Positions 43,521 through 54,979 of a stretch of 64,000 nucleotides of DNA are shown here, one piece after another. The position numbers were made by a program, and so were the translations under genes. This DNA comes from Octopus vulgaris. Lineage: Eukaryota. The stretch spans positions 140,306,001-140,370,000 of the forward strand of contig OX597818.1 in NCBI GenBank assembly GCA_951406725.2, given 5' to 3'. Every line of letters starts with the position of its first letter. Position 1 is the first letter of the stretch. The notes below the pieces were generated by a model. That model was given only the letters and a program-made list of their open reading frames with translations, did not search any database and was not told where the DNA came from.

Positions 43521-44704
43521 TATATACATATGTATATATGTGTGTGTGTGTGTGTTTGTATGTGTCCGTGCGTGTGTGGATCAAGAGTGGAAAGAAGTTT
43601 TACGGTTACATACTATTTGCAGAATCTTTGATTTCTTTGAAGCACTGTTTATTGCATTCCAAATGCGGCTGTTTTTCTACTTGGATTCTACATGTGCTAG
43701 TCACTTGCCTTGAAATTGTCTTTTTATGTTTCGCCGATTGTTCTGTATATAGGGAGAAAATCCTTGTATTAGTATGCAATCTTCAAGTTTCACCGATTCT
43801 TCCTCCAATTTATGATGTTAAAACTATTTTATGGTGCAAGCATTTATGACGCAATTTACTTATATTTGTTTTTGGACTCAGTTCTCTTCTCAACACTAAA
43901 TTCTCTCGATGTTTTTGTTGTTCATGAAGTGCCATTTGCATTGTACTTTATTGGATTTGGCTTACTTCCAATTTTCCAATACTTCCATTGCTTGAAGTTT
44001 TCTTAATGCCTCGTCTGCTCCATTGCAAAACATTTCTGTTCTTTTTTGTTTTGCAATTTTTTTTTGCACGTGTAAATCTGACAAACAACTTCAAATCCAT
44101 CCATGGAGATAGCTTGACTTCTTCCGTTCTTAAATATATAAATAATTCGCTCAACGTTATAAGAGGCTCGCAAAAATAGAGGCGTGATTCAAGCTACTTA
44201 GATGCTTACAGTTTTATTTTTTTGTTTCTTGTTATAAATGCCCTGTGTAGGAACGATAAAATCAACTTCGAATTCCGTTTTCCCATACTATGCCTCAGGA
44301 ATTTTATTATTCTCGGTTCGATGTTATGGATGCTCAAGATTTTCATTATCCAGATATAGGTATATTGTCGTATACCTAGATTAATGTATCCGAGCTATTA
44401 ATAAATGCTGCATTCTTTACATGTAATATTTCTGAGTTGGCTTTACTGGGGTGCTTTATTATCATTCTTCGTTCTATCGTCCATGGATCGAGAAATACAT
44501 AGTATTCTTTCTTACATAAAATAGCTAAGCATATCTTGGAAAACAAACATAAAAATATCAAATTATTATATATGCTATGAGAATGCCTTAAATGTATTTA
44601 TTTCACATAACGCTACTATTTTCTTGATAATATTACTATTATAGTAATTATAATAATAATTATAATAATATTACCATTATAGTAATATAATAGTAATTAT
44701 AGAT

Positions 44705-45194
44705 AGCTGGAGGAGATGTTCTCCTGGGGCTACAAGCTACAGTAAGACCCACCCTTAGTGGTTAGCGATATTGAGATGGCAAATATACTTCACATTGTCG
44801 TGCAGTTACTGTTTATACCTCGTTCAGAGATTTATTATTGCATGAATACAGTTTTTCGAGATCAGTGACAAAAAGTTACTGGAAAATGATATTAATATTT
44901 GCATTGGGAACTCCTTTCATCGAAAACCGGTGATTGTCCTAAGCTGATGACGGGCAATACCCAGAAACTGCAGTCCGTGCGTATCACTTAGGTTGACGAG
45001 GGAAGGATGACTTCCCTTTGCAAATACCGATAGGACACAGAAGGTGTGCCTATAGCCAGCTGGAAGAGATGTTCTCCTGGGGCTACAAGCTACAGTAACA
45101 CCCACCCTTAGTGGTTAGCCATATTGAGATGGCAAATATACCTTACATTGTCCTGCAGTTACTGTTTATACCTCGTTCAGACATTTATTATTGC
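44705..45194 (+). mobile_element. Retrozyme-like 353-bp unit present as ~1.4 tandem copies
   Basis: 137-bp direct repeat at 44705-44841 and 45058-45194 (7 mismatches by my count) enclosing a hammerhead core. Confidence 0.7.
44938..44992 (+). ncRNA. Type I hammerhead ribozyme motif
   Basis: CCTAAG-CTGATGA-C-GGG(CAATA)CCC-A-GAAA-CTGCAG-TC...CTTAGG. Complete CUGAUGA/GAAA core, palindromic stem III ACTGCAGT and GUC triplet at 44973-44975; stem I is interrupted by 11 nt. Confidence 0.65.
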
Positions 45195-45487
45195 TCATAT
45201 TACTATAATTATACAAATTATACAAATCTTTACAAAATTAGTTGTTTATTATTTATTCTTTATGTACTAACATGAGGGATCTTGCATAGATTATTTAACT
45301 GCAATCACGGTTCTGTTACAGGTAGACATAATGATTTAGCTTCTCAGCTACATTTCTCAAAACGTTACACTCATTGGGTGTAGCACTCATTCCTATAATA
45401 TTCTTTTTCATAAAATAGCACTGATTCGCCATGTCATATCTGGCGTTATTTCTGTATATTATATGTAGTTCTGTAGAATTACTACCT

Positions 45488-45865
45488 ACTCTTTTACTTC
45501 TTTCAGTCATCTGACTGCGGCCATGCTGGAGCATCGCCTTTAGTCGAAAAAATCGCCGCCAGGACTTATTCTTTGTAAGTCTATTACTTATTCTATTGGT
45601 TCTTCCGCCGAACCGCTAAGTTACGGGGACGTAAACACACCAGCATCGGTTATCAAGCGATGCTGAGGGACAAACACAGAGACAAAAACACACACTTATA
45701 TACACATATACATATATACGACGGGCTTCTTTCAGTTTCTGTTTACCAAATCCACACACAAGGCTTTGACCGGCCCGAGGCTATAGTAGAAGACACTTGC
45801 CCAAGGTGTCATACAGTGGGACTGAACCCGGAACCATGTGGCTGGTAAGCAAGCTACTTACCTCA
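45488..45865 (-). mobile_element. SINE family D
   Basis: Reverse match to 48298-48802 (GGTTCCGGGTTCAGTCCCACTG...CCTTGGGCAAGTGTCTTCTACTATAGCC) with an internal TG/TA tract. Confidence 0.9.
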
Positions 45866-46580
45866 CATTTTAATATTTTCCCACAATTTCGTTTTGCAGA
45901 GTATTTATACTTGTTTTAACACCAATGTTATGAATGGTGAGTGGCCATACATTCATTTTCCTTAACACAATTTTAGCCTTCCTAATTTGTTGTTTTGTGT
46001 GAAGTTTTCTTCGAGTTACAGTAAAGATCTTCAACGAGTGAATGATTGCATGACTTTCCATTATTCAACTTTGCGTTCTTAGATCGTTGACATCGATCAG
46101 TTAACTGAAAATAAATAAGGTTTCATGCACATTGATAAAACGGACAAGTTGGTACTCTCTGCATGCTATAGATTACATGTATATCATTAATTCATGGTAC
46201 AGCTCCTAAAGACTACCCAAGACAAAATAAAATTACGTGTGTGTGTGTGTTTGCGCTTGTGTGTGCGTATGCATATAAAAATATATGTATATATACAGAG
46301 AGAAAGAAAGAAAGAAAGGAAGAAGGAAAGAGAGGGATGGAGAAAGGTTAATCCAAGAATATATCCACAGTTTAATCGCTAACTCAATTTATATGGCCTT
46401 TTAGATTTAACACATCAGAAATAATAAAGCTTTTAAGAAAGGAAATTTACCCTAGTTGCTTCTGGGAGTTTGAACACGCAATGGAATTACAAAGACAATT
46501 TAAGGGGGAGTTTCAGATAGATCCAACTATGTGACTTATGATCACTTGAATCAGAGATAAGTTGAAGCATATAGAACCGT

Positions 46581-47140
46581 TTGAAGCAGATGGAGATGTC
46601 CACAAGATATATTCCGGATAAACTTGCTAATCGACAAATCTTACAAAAGACGAAAGCAAGTCAGGAAATAGCAATTTCAAAGTCAAATATCCATTGCACT
46701 TTCAAGCGCTGTAATTGGAAAAGTTCTATTCGTACAATTAACCATGCCCTCGATAAAGATTTTACGGATGATATGTGACATTTTCTACATGGTATTTGGT
46801 AAAATGTGAACGGGATGCGGACATTCCCGCAAAGATTATCTTGAGTGACGGGACTATAATTACATTAAATGGCTCAACTAGCCGCCATAGTGACACATAC
46901 TGGTGGTATGAAAATATGTATATTATGGAAGAACCTCATGTTAATTTTCTAGGAGTTACAGAACGGTGCACCTTGCTATTATGAAAAAGATTAACTGGAC
47001 AACACATTTTCCACATATCTACGACAGGTCCTATATACTTGAACTTGCTGCACTGATCTGTCATCCTCAGTTTTCCAGAGTATTTGAAAGATAGGACACC
47101 CATGAACTACCATAGTAATCTAAAGGCTTACCTTCGTTAA
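46581..47140 (+). mobile_element. Degraded Tc1/mariner-superfamily transposase remnant
   Basis: ASQEIAISKSNIHCTFKRCNWK...HALDKD and FSTWYLVKCERDADIPAKIILSDG..ITLNG..SRH..YW..EN match the HTH plus first-Asp (WSDEA.F.LNG.VNRHN..YW) region; no TIRs identified. Confidence 0.65.
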
Positions 47141-47210
47141 GAAAAAAATATGGATAAGACATATATGTATGTATACACACATATATATATGTATATATAT
47201 ATATATATAT

Positions 47211-47432
47211 AGAAAATAGTAAAAAGTGAAAAAAACTACAGAAGGCTTGTTTTAAAAGTTTAAAAAATATATATTTGAGTCAATATGTCTGAAGAATATT
47301 ATAAATTTTTTTCTTACAATGACATAGTTTAGAAGAAATGACCGGTTTCGCGTTTAGCTTTTCAAATTTCTTACGTCGTTATGCTTATGTTGAGGAGAGT
47401 TATCGTTATGTTTATGTTGAAAAGAGTTCTAG
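47211..47432 (-). mobile_element. Short Penelope pseudo-LTR-like repeat flanked by (TA)n
   Basis: ~220-bp AT-rich insert between TA tracts containing a minimal HHR; the PLE assignment is inferred from that association. Confidence 0.5.
47333..47372 (-). ncRNA. Minimal type I hammerhead ribozyme, U3-A8 core variant
   Basis: Minus strand AAGAAAT-TTGAAAA-GC(TAAAC)GC-GAAA-CCGG-TC-ATTTCTT: perfect 7-bp stem I, 2-bp stem II, palindromic stem III ACCGGT, GUC triplet. Confidence 0.75.
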
Positions 47433-47451
47433 ATATATATATATATATATT

Positions 47452-47676
47452 TCTTTATTGCCCACACGGAGCTAAACATAGAGGGGACAAACAAGGACAG
47501 ACAAAGGGATTAAGTCGGTTACATCGACCCCAGTGCATAACTGGTACTTTATTTATCGACCCCGAAAGGATGAACGGCAAAGTGGACCTGGGCGGAATTT
47601 GAACTCAGAACGTAACGGCAGACGAAATGCCGCTCAGCATTTCGCCCGGCGTGCTAATAGTTCTGCCAGCTCACCG
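47452..47676 (-). mobile_element. SINE family A
   Basis: Matches 19693-19924. Confidence 0.9.
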
Positions 47677-47837
47677 AGGCGCAAGAGTGACTGGGTGGTA
47701 ATAAGCTTGCTTCCCAGCGACATGGGTCCGGGTTCAGTCCCACTGCGTTGCACCTCGCGCAAGTGTCTCCTACTATAGCCACGGACAGACCAAAGCATTA
47801 TGAGTGAATTTGGTAGACGGAAACTGAAAGAAGCCCA
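47677..47837 (+). mobile_element. SINE family D 5' half, abutting the family A copy head-to-head
   Basis: Matches 48298-48460. Confidence 0.85.
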
Positions 47838-48297
47838 AGAAATCAACAAAGGATTTATTTTGATCCCATATTGCCTGCAATGACCTGTGGCAAAAGAAAT
47901 GATTTCTTGTGAGTACAGAATAAATTTCCCCTGTGATTTTAGTGAATATACACGCACGGATACAAGCATCCTGCGAGATAATTAAATTCATAGAGCACTC
48001 AGAATTTATACAGAGTCTTTTGACTTCACACTGATATATCTCTGTTGAAAACTCTCTCTGTAAAACTAACGGCCGAATATAAAAGACTATAAGTATCAAA
48101 CTATCACAGAATTTCGCAAAACTCAAACACCCTTCACTTTCGAACTACAAATTTCCTCATCAAAGCAAAAAGTTCTGCACTATCATACACATATCATATA
48201 CATATTTTATCTTGATGCATCTGTAAATATTTATCTCCGATACAAATACAATCTACACTAATTCTTCACTACTGTAGCATACGTTTCTACACAACAT

Positions 48298-48491
48298 AGG
48301 TGTAGGAGTGGATGTGTGGTAAGTTGCTTGTTTACCAACCACAGGGTTCCGGGTTCAGTCCCACTGTGTGGCACCTTCGGCAAGTGTCTTCTACTATAGC
48401 CTCGGGCCGACCAAAGCCTTGTGAGTAGATTTGGTAGAGGGACATTGAAAGAAGCTCGTCGTACATATATTTATATATGTATACATATATG

Positions 48492-48525
<34 letters not shown>

Positions 48526-48802
48526 TGTATGTTTGTATGTATGTATGTATGTATGTATGTATGTATACGTTTGTGTGTCTGTGTTTGTGTCCCCAACATC
48601 GTTTGACAACCGATGCTGGTGTGTTTATGTCCCCGTAAACCAGCTGTGTTTACGTCCCTGTAAACTAGCGGTTCGGCAAAGGAGTTCGACAGAATAAGTA
48701 CTAGGCTTCCAAAGGATATGTCCTGTGCTCGATTTGTTCGAATAAAGGCAGTGCTCCAGCATGGCTATAGTCAAATGACTGAAGCAAGTAAAAGAATAAA
48801 AG
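48298..48802 (+). mobile_element. SINE family D with internal (TATG)n
   Basis: Head GGTGTAGGAGTGGATGTGTGGTAAG, B-box-like GGTTCAGTCCC, tail GCAGTGCTCCAGCATGGC...GACTGAAGCAAGTAAAAGAATAAAAG. Confidence 0.9.
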
Positions 48803-48868
48803 AACTAAGCACTAACGCAAGGAGTAATCAATAATTTGCAAACAAATATATTAAGAAAAAACTCTAAG

Positions 48869-49780
48869 ATGACTACTCAACAACAACAATCTAAACAAAA
48901 TTGGACTGAGAATGAAATAGACCTTCTGACAAATCCATGGTACTGTCTTGCCCAAACGGAGAAAATTGGCACATCCTGCCGCGATCGAATAGCCTGACGT
49001 ACAATTCAACTTTTCAGAAACCGCTCCGAGAAGCAGATTCAAAACAAACTTAAACAAATTGAAATGGCATTTAAATTAATTAATGGACATTTTGAAAAAC
49101 TCCAACGTGTTTTCCCTTCAAATACTGGTCAACACCACCAACAACAACGACCACCATCAAGGCAACAACAACAGCCAATACATCAACAACGACAACAACT
49201 ACCTCAGCAAAAACAACAACAATCACCACAACAACAAAAACCACAGCAGGAACAACTGACCTAGCTTCAACCTTTAACACTCCTTAATTCAACCACAATT
49301 GATGACCTACTTAATGAAACGGTCAACTTCTCAGATTCCAGCTGTTCACAGCCCATTCAACAAGAGTGTGTTACTCACCCATTAAATCTTCAACAGCAGC
49401 AATAATTTCAGCAACAAGAATCACAGCACCAACAACTACAGTTACAACAACCACCTCAAAAACAGAGACAGACACAGCTTCAACCTACAATTATCCCTAT
49501 TTGCGATCGACCAACTCAACGCTTACTTGAAGACCTCTTAATGAATGTACCAAACACAAATGTACACAAATTAAAATCTATGCCTCTCACACCCTTCTTA
49601 GGAAACCACAAAATATGCCGCTAGTCACTACGTAAGAGGCTGTGCACCAACACTGATTGCAGATTCACTCATTTACCAAGGACTAGACGGTCAATTCCTA
49701 CTCACAACAGCCGCTACCATCAAAGTGCACAATCGAAAACAACGCCACTACAACCACTACCACCCCTCATCAAATACTAA
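48869..49780 (+). pseudogene. Decayed 304-codon frame: Myb/SANT(trihelix)-like domain, Gln-rich linker, CCCH zinc finger
   Basis: Single frame from ATG 48869: NWTENEIDLL..W...RDRIA*RT...RNRSEKQIQNKLKQI, polyQ blocks, KICR*SLRKRLCTNTDCRFTH (C-x8-C-x4-C-x3-H). Internal stops at 48995, 49262, 49403 and 49622; no frameshift. Confidence 0.6.
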
Positions 49781-50403
49781 CTCAAATTCTTTTAAAAAAC
49801 ATATGTTACACGGAACCGTAGAGTCTGCCGTTATTCCCAGCGTAACACTCCTTCTAACATCACTTCACCTACGCTGACACATCTTTGCCTTTCAATCTTA
49901 CTATCCTCTCTTAACTTTATTCGTCTCTCTTTCGTCATTGCACTTCAGCGGCACCACAAATAGAGGTAGAACTCAACGAGAAACGAAAACGTAAAAACAA
50001 ACGTGGAAACGGACCTAAACGAAAAAAACAGAGTACAAGACAAACTACACGAGGAAAAATCCCCTTCATCAGCTGTCCCTAGTTCAACTCCAGCGTGTTT
50101 CGAAGGTTGGAGAGAACACGACTCGTGGAACTAGTCCTTCCTGCGAAGGAATTAAATAAAATTACTTCGCAGAGGGGTAAAAACAAGGAAAGTTAAACAT
50201 GTGACAAAAAACGATACAAATAAAATTACAAAATAAAATACAAAATAAAAATACAAAAAATAAAAATACAGAATAAAATTACAAGTACGAAAAATACAGT
50301 ACAAGAAATAAAATAAACAAAAAAACAGACAATGAGGGCCTTAATGCTGGCCTACACGAGGAAAGATTCTAAGAGCGCTAGAAGAACAATATATATAAAT
50401 GTA

Positions 50404-50450
<47 letters not shown>

Positions 50451-53068
50451 TGTGACTGAACAAAATTTATTAAAATACACGAATTCTTAGTGGCCATAGC
50501 TGATCAAAGATTGTCTCGTAAAAAGCCAACTACATTTCAGTGTTTATATGCTAATAATATAGTATTTGTTTAATGTAGTACTGAATGCTGTACTTTCCAT
50601 AGTTTTACTCAGTGTTACATAATTCATTATTGATTGGCATCTATTTTGAACCCGTCTGTGTGGTTTAGTATCTACATACCTTTACAACAATTTTTTCGAT
50701 TCTTATAATCATGTGCATGGTTTCTTTATAAACTTTCTTACTACTGACTATTATATAGATTGAATACATTGACACACCGTTAATGGTATGAAACGCTTTA
50801 GTCAACAGCTTTGTAACCCCGGCTTCGAAACCCAGCGGATATACGAAAAGATAATATTTGACTAAACATTATTCAATATTGATGTAGTTCTATGAAAATG
50901 CCCAGCGTAAAATTATATTATAATTCAAATTAGGGTAGATATGTAAACTCATGATACTTATATTGTCATGTATATTGTTATAATTGCAGTCACGATTTCA
51001 ATTTCACAATGTACCTGGCTGATTATCAAACTAATGAAAACTTTTCTCTACTTACGACGCTTTTGGTATAAGTGATCATGCGAATATTTGCGAATATGTA
51101 GGGTTCATTATGCATTTATGTTTACGTGTGTGGATATGTGTATGTATGCCTTTGTTTGAGAGTTTGAGTGGTTGTATAATACGAAAATGAAAACAAATTC
51201 AATAGGTTATTGCTTTATGCCGCTGGAGACATTTCTGGTGTTCCCATTATGTATTATATGAAGGTATTCTTCAATTAAATAGGACAAAAGAACCTTTCAG
51301 GAAACTACCATGCATATATCTCTATACATTTCTTAAGCGCAATTGTTTACATAACGTATCTGAGCTCCCGTTACATAATTTAATGCCCATATCGATATAT
51401 AATTTTGCAATATGATAGTTAATAATGCACCAATTACGCAGCATTTTCTTTCATATCGTTTATCTTTTATGTTTAAAGAAATTTTTAATTACGGACTGTT
51501 GCACTTAATAAACTCATCGATTATTATCTAATATGTTTTCTTCTAAGGGAATGTTATCAATCTCATACTTCGATATATTTCTTTGAAAAATCGATGCTTC
51601 GTTACTTTCAAAATAACGTCTCGTTGTTGTTCTTGCAATGTCAAATATTGTTCTATTCACGATGATCTTCCACTTAACTCTTAAAAGCGATTATTATTTT
51701 AGAAATGCCTTCACATATGAATCTAAATTACTGAACCTGAACTTTATGTATCATTATTATGAAAAACTATTGTGTGACAGATACTGTTAAAAACATCTTT
51801 TATCATATCTCACTTCCGTCTTCAAAACATCACGTTTCCGCCCTTTTGTGTTGGTTTAGCTTTCAGACATTCAGCATCTGAATATCTTTCCAAGTTTTAA
51901 AGAATCTAAAGAAGTAAATCGACACGAGTTCTGAGTGGTAAAGGCTTTATCAATGTTATTTAACACATATTGACAATACAGTCATCCATGGTGGGATCTG
52001 AACTCAGACCATGAAAAGAGGAAACGCCGCAGTTTATTTTGACTGACATATTATCGATTAGGGCGACATCAGTCTACGCTTTCAAAACCAATTATTGATT
52101 TCTGTCATTGATATAAGGCAACTCATTTTCAGATGAATTATAGTCTATTAAATCTATCCAGATATCTGCTTTGTATTTTATGTGATCATCTGTGAAATAT
52201 GTGAAGGGCATGTTCACCTAGGCGGGATTTGAGCACAAATATGAACTTCTAATCAAATAATGCAAGACTTTTGGGTCTATGCACTGAATGTGGTGCTAAT
52301 GTACTGAAACTAACGTTTAGTGCCTTATGAACACGGTCAAGTCGTGAAAACAATACTACATCTAACTTATCAACCTGCGGTACTTTGTTCCTCTTCTTAA
52401 TAGATGGAACTTGAAATCTTCCCGAACATATTATTAAGATGAACACTTGATAACTATTTCATTTCACTATTCGTAAATAGCTAAGTGTCTTTAAAAAGTT
52501 CAATTTTACATCGAAAACATCAATATTTACTGCTTGTGTATGAAGTTAGACATCCCTCTCTGACATATCATTTCCTTTTATACGTATAAGCTGATACTCT
52601 TATTGTAAACATTTGTTTTCAAACTCTACGACATTCCTGCTTTGCATTCCTGTTTCGATTTGTTCAAATTAAATTAAGAGAGTTCAAAATCAATAAAATT
52701 TCAACCAGTAATACATCACTAGTGCAATTCAATCAACTGTATGGACTCACTTGTAGAAATGGGTTATATGAATAAACACGGAATCAATATTAATTTGTTA
52801 ACGTCATCATATTTGGCAGCTTCACAGAACCATCACTGGTAATTTGGCAAAGACAGTACAGTCCAATTAAAATAAGCCAATATATTTCTCACATAATATG
52901 GCAACCAACGGAATGTAAGAAGTACATTTCCAGTGAGGTGAGACATTGGTTAGGCTTTTTTAATTCAATTGAAACCAGGTCAGTTATAATTATGCAATTT
53001 ATTACCTTCTGAAGCATCATCAGTTTTAAGGTACCCAAATGAATATTCGTTCCAAGCGTTGTAACTAA

Positions 53069-53420
53069 TACGAGGTGCTTTCAAGAAGTAACCGACTTCA
53101 TTTTTCCCACAATAATTAATGGGCAAAATCCTTTCAGTGGAAAGAGGCACCATCATACCTGCACATGCATGAAAATGTTTGTGACGGTAGGCCGCGTCAG
53201 TTCCCGGCTATTACGCCTACAGTACAGATGGGCAGTGCACCCTCGTTGGATTTCGTTTTTCCGCAAGATGACCGAACCAATCGAGTAGAAACCATAAACC
53301 AATGTCTCATCACCAGTGACGATGATCTTCTAGGTCGTATTTTGCAGTCTTGCATATATTGAACGATTCCCATGCAGAGTTGCTTCCTCTGCGCCACCTG
53401 CACCCTCGAGACGAAAACAT
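53069..53420 (+). mobile_element. Possible internally deleted mariner-like remnant
   Basis: Begins TA|CGAGGTGCTTTCAAGAAGTAACCG (mariner-type TIR start) and contains ATGACCGAACCAATCGAG (MTE.IE, transposase N-terminus-like); no right TIR seen. Confidence 0.35.
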
Positions 53421-53581
53421 AGACTAAAAGAAAAGATTGGACTGGATATGGTAGATATACCGAAGTTGAAATTATTAAATACCTTGATTATGTCTCTAAC
53501 CTAGGTAAAAATTTGTGGAATCAAATATGGAAACTTACATACATACATACATACATAAATACATACATATATACATACATA

Positions 53582-53635
53582 TAAACAAAGATTCCCTGTT
53601 GTTGATGTTGAAATTCCAATAAAGGACCCTTGGAG
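53582..53635 (+). repeat. Partial copy of the LINE 3'-end repeat seen at 54715 and 55025
   Basis: AAACAAAGATTCCCTGTTGTTGATGTTGAAATTCCAAT is the reverse match of 54792-54829; it follows a (CATA)n tract. Confidence 0.8.
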
Positions 53636-54199
53636 TATTCAAATATATGAAAAAGCAAACAAGTATTAAATTAGATGTGAAAAATACACACAAAATGATT
53701 GGTATAGGTAGTGGGCGATGGAGGCATTAAAAACGTTAAATGCGGTCATGAAAACGTCCTAAAATTTTACATACCAAATTGTCAAAACATACAATCTGTA
53801 AGCTTAGTTTTTTTTTTTGCATCACATGTAGTCCTTGAACTTCAGTTGAAAAAGGCAACGTAATGTTTGCTTATCTATATTCATAATGCCGGTGCCACAG
53901 CTTAAGAAACGATCGAGTTTTCATTTATTGTTGCGTTCCGAAAATTAATCTGAATTGATAAAATGCACACATATAAAAGTTTTCTCATAATTCCTATGAA
54001 CTCCGTTATTACGTTACAATATATATCAGAATAATATAATGGATACTTATACTGTGACTGTGGGCTAATGTTGTATTTAAGAATAATATGTATATATGAA
54101 TGCATGTATAAATATATACATAGATACATATATGTATATATGTGTGTATGTATATATATATATACACATATATATGTATGTGTGTGTGTGTGTGACCGA

Positions 54200-54393
54200 G
54201 TGTGTATCGTTGGCGATTTTCTTTCTCCACCTTCCCTTCCTTGCATTTTTCATTATTCTATGATTCAGACGAAGAGCTCCGCTCGAAACGTTAAATCCTC
54301 CTTTCTTTCCTTTCCTGGTCGTCCAATAACACTATACTTGTTCCACGTCCTCACGTTGTTGTGTTTTCTCTTTGTTCATGCTTGGATTAACTA
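54200..54393 (+). mobile_element. Short Penelope pseudo-LTR-like repeat with hammerhead variant
   Basis: GATT-CAGACGA-A-GAGC(TCC)GCTC-GAAA-CGTT-AAATC at 54262-54297 (U4 replaced by A), between (TG)n and (TA)n tracts. Confidence 0.55.
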
Positions 54394-54620
54394 TATATAT
54401 ATATATATATATAACTATAATAAGGGCACTAATGAGTAACCCCACATTTTAGAAATAGACGTTAAATGGTTCTAAGAACTACATTATTTACCACGTTAGC
54501 ACGGGTTGAAAGCGAGTGAAGTGAACAAAGATGATTTTTTAAAAAGGGGTTATATGTATGTATGTATATATGTATGTACGTATGTATGTATGTATGTATG
54601 TATGTATGTATGTATGTATG

Positions 54621-54686
<66 letters not shown>

Positions 54687-54714
54687 CATGTATACCTGCA
54701 TGCTTGTATGTTAC

Positions 54715-54830
54715 GTCATTATTCAGTTTATTTCAAGATTTCTTGCCAATAGAGAATGAACCGGTTTCTAACCTAGATCCAAGAGTCCTTCATTGGAATT
54801 TCAACATCAACAACAGGAAATCTTTGTTTG
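54715..54830 (-). mobile_element. Severely 5'-truncated RLE-LINE 3' end inserted in (CATA)n
   Basis: Similar to 55025-55125; AATAAA followed by (CATA)n on the minus strand. Confidence 0.7.
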
Positions 54831-54979
54831 TATGTATGTATGTATGTATGTATGTATGTATGTATGTATGTATATATGTATGTATATATGTATGTATGTA
54901 TGTATGCATGTATGTATGTATGTATGCATGCATGCATGTATGTATGTATGTATGTATGTATGCATGTATGTATGTATGA

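Noticed and set aside
48995-49624. Idea that A-to-I editing recodes the four stops to Trp
   Set aside because: Two stops sit in Gln runs, where C-to-T decay is simpler; Trp there is implausible and there is no RNA evidence.
54745-54802. Hammerhead-like words in the LINE 3'UTR (minus CCAATGA...GAAACCGGTT; CCTGTGA in the 55060 copy)
   Set aside because: Essential core positions differ in all three copies and stem I does not pair.
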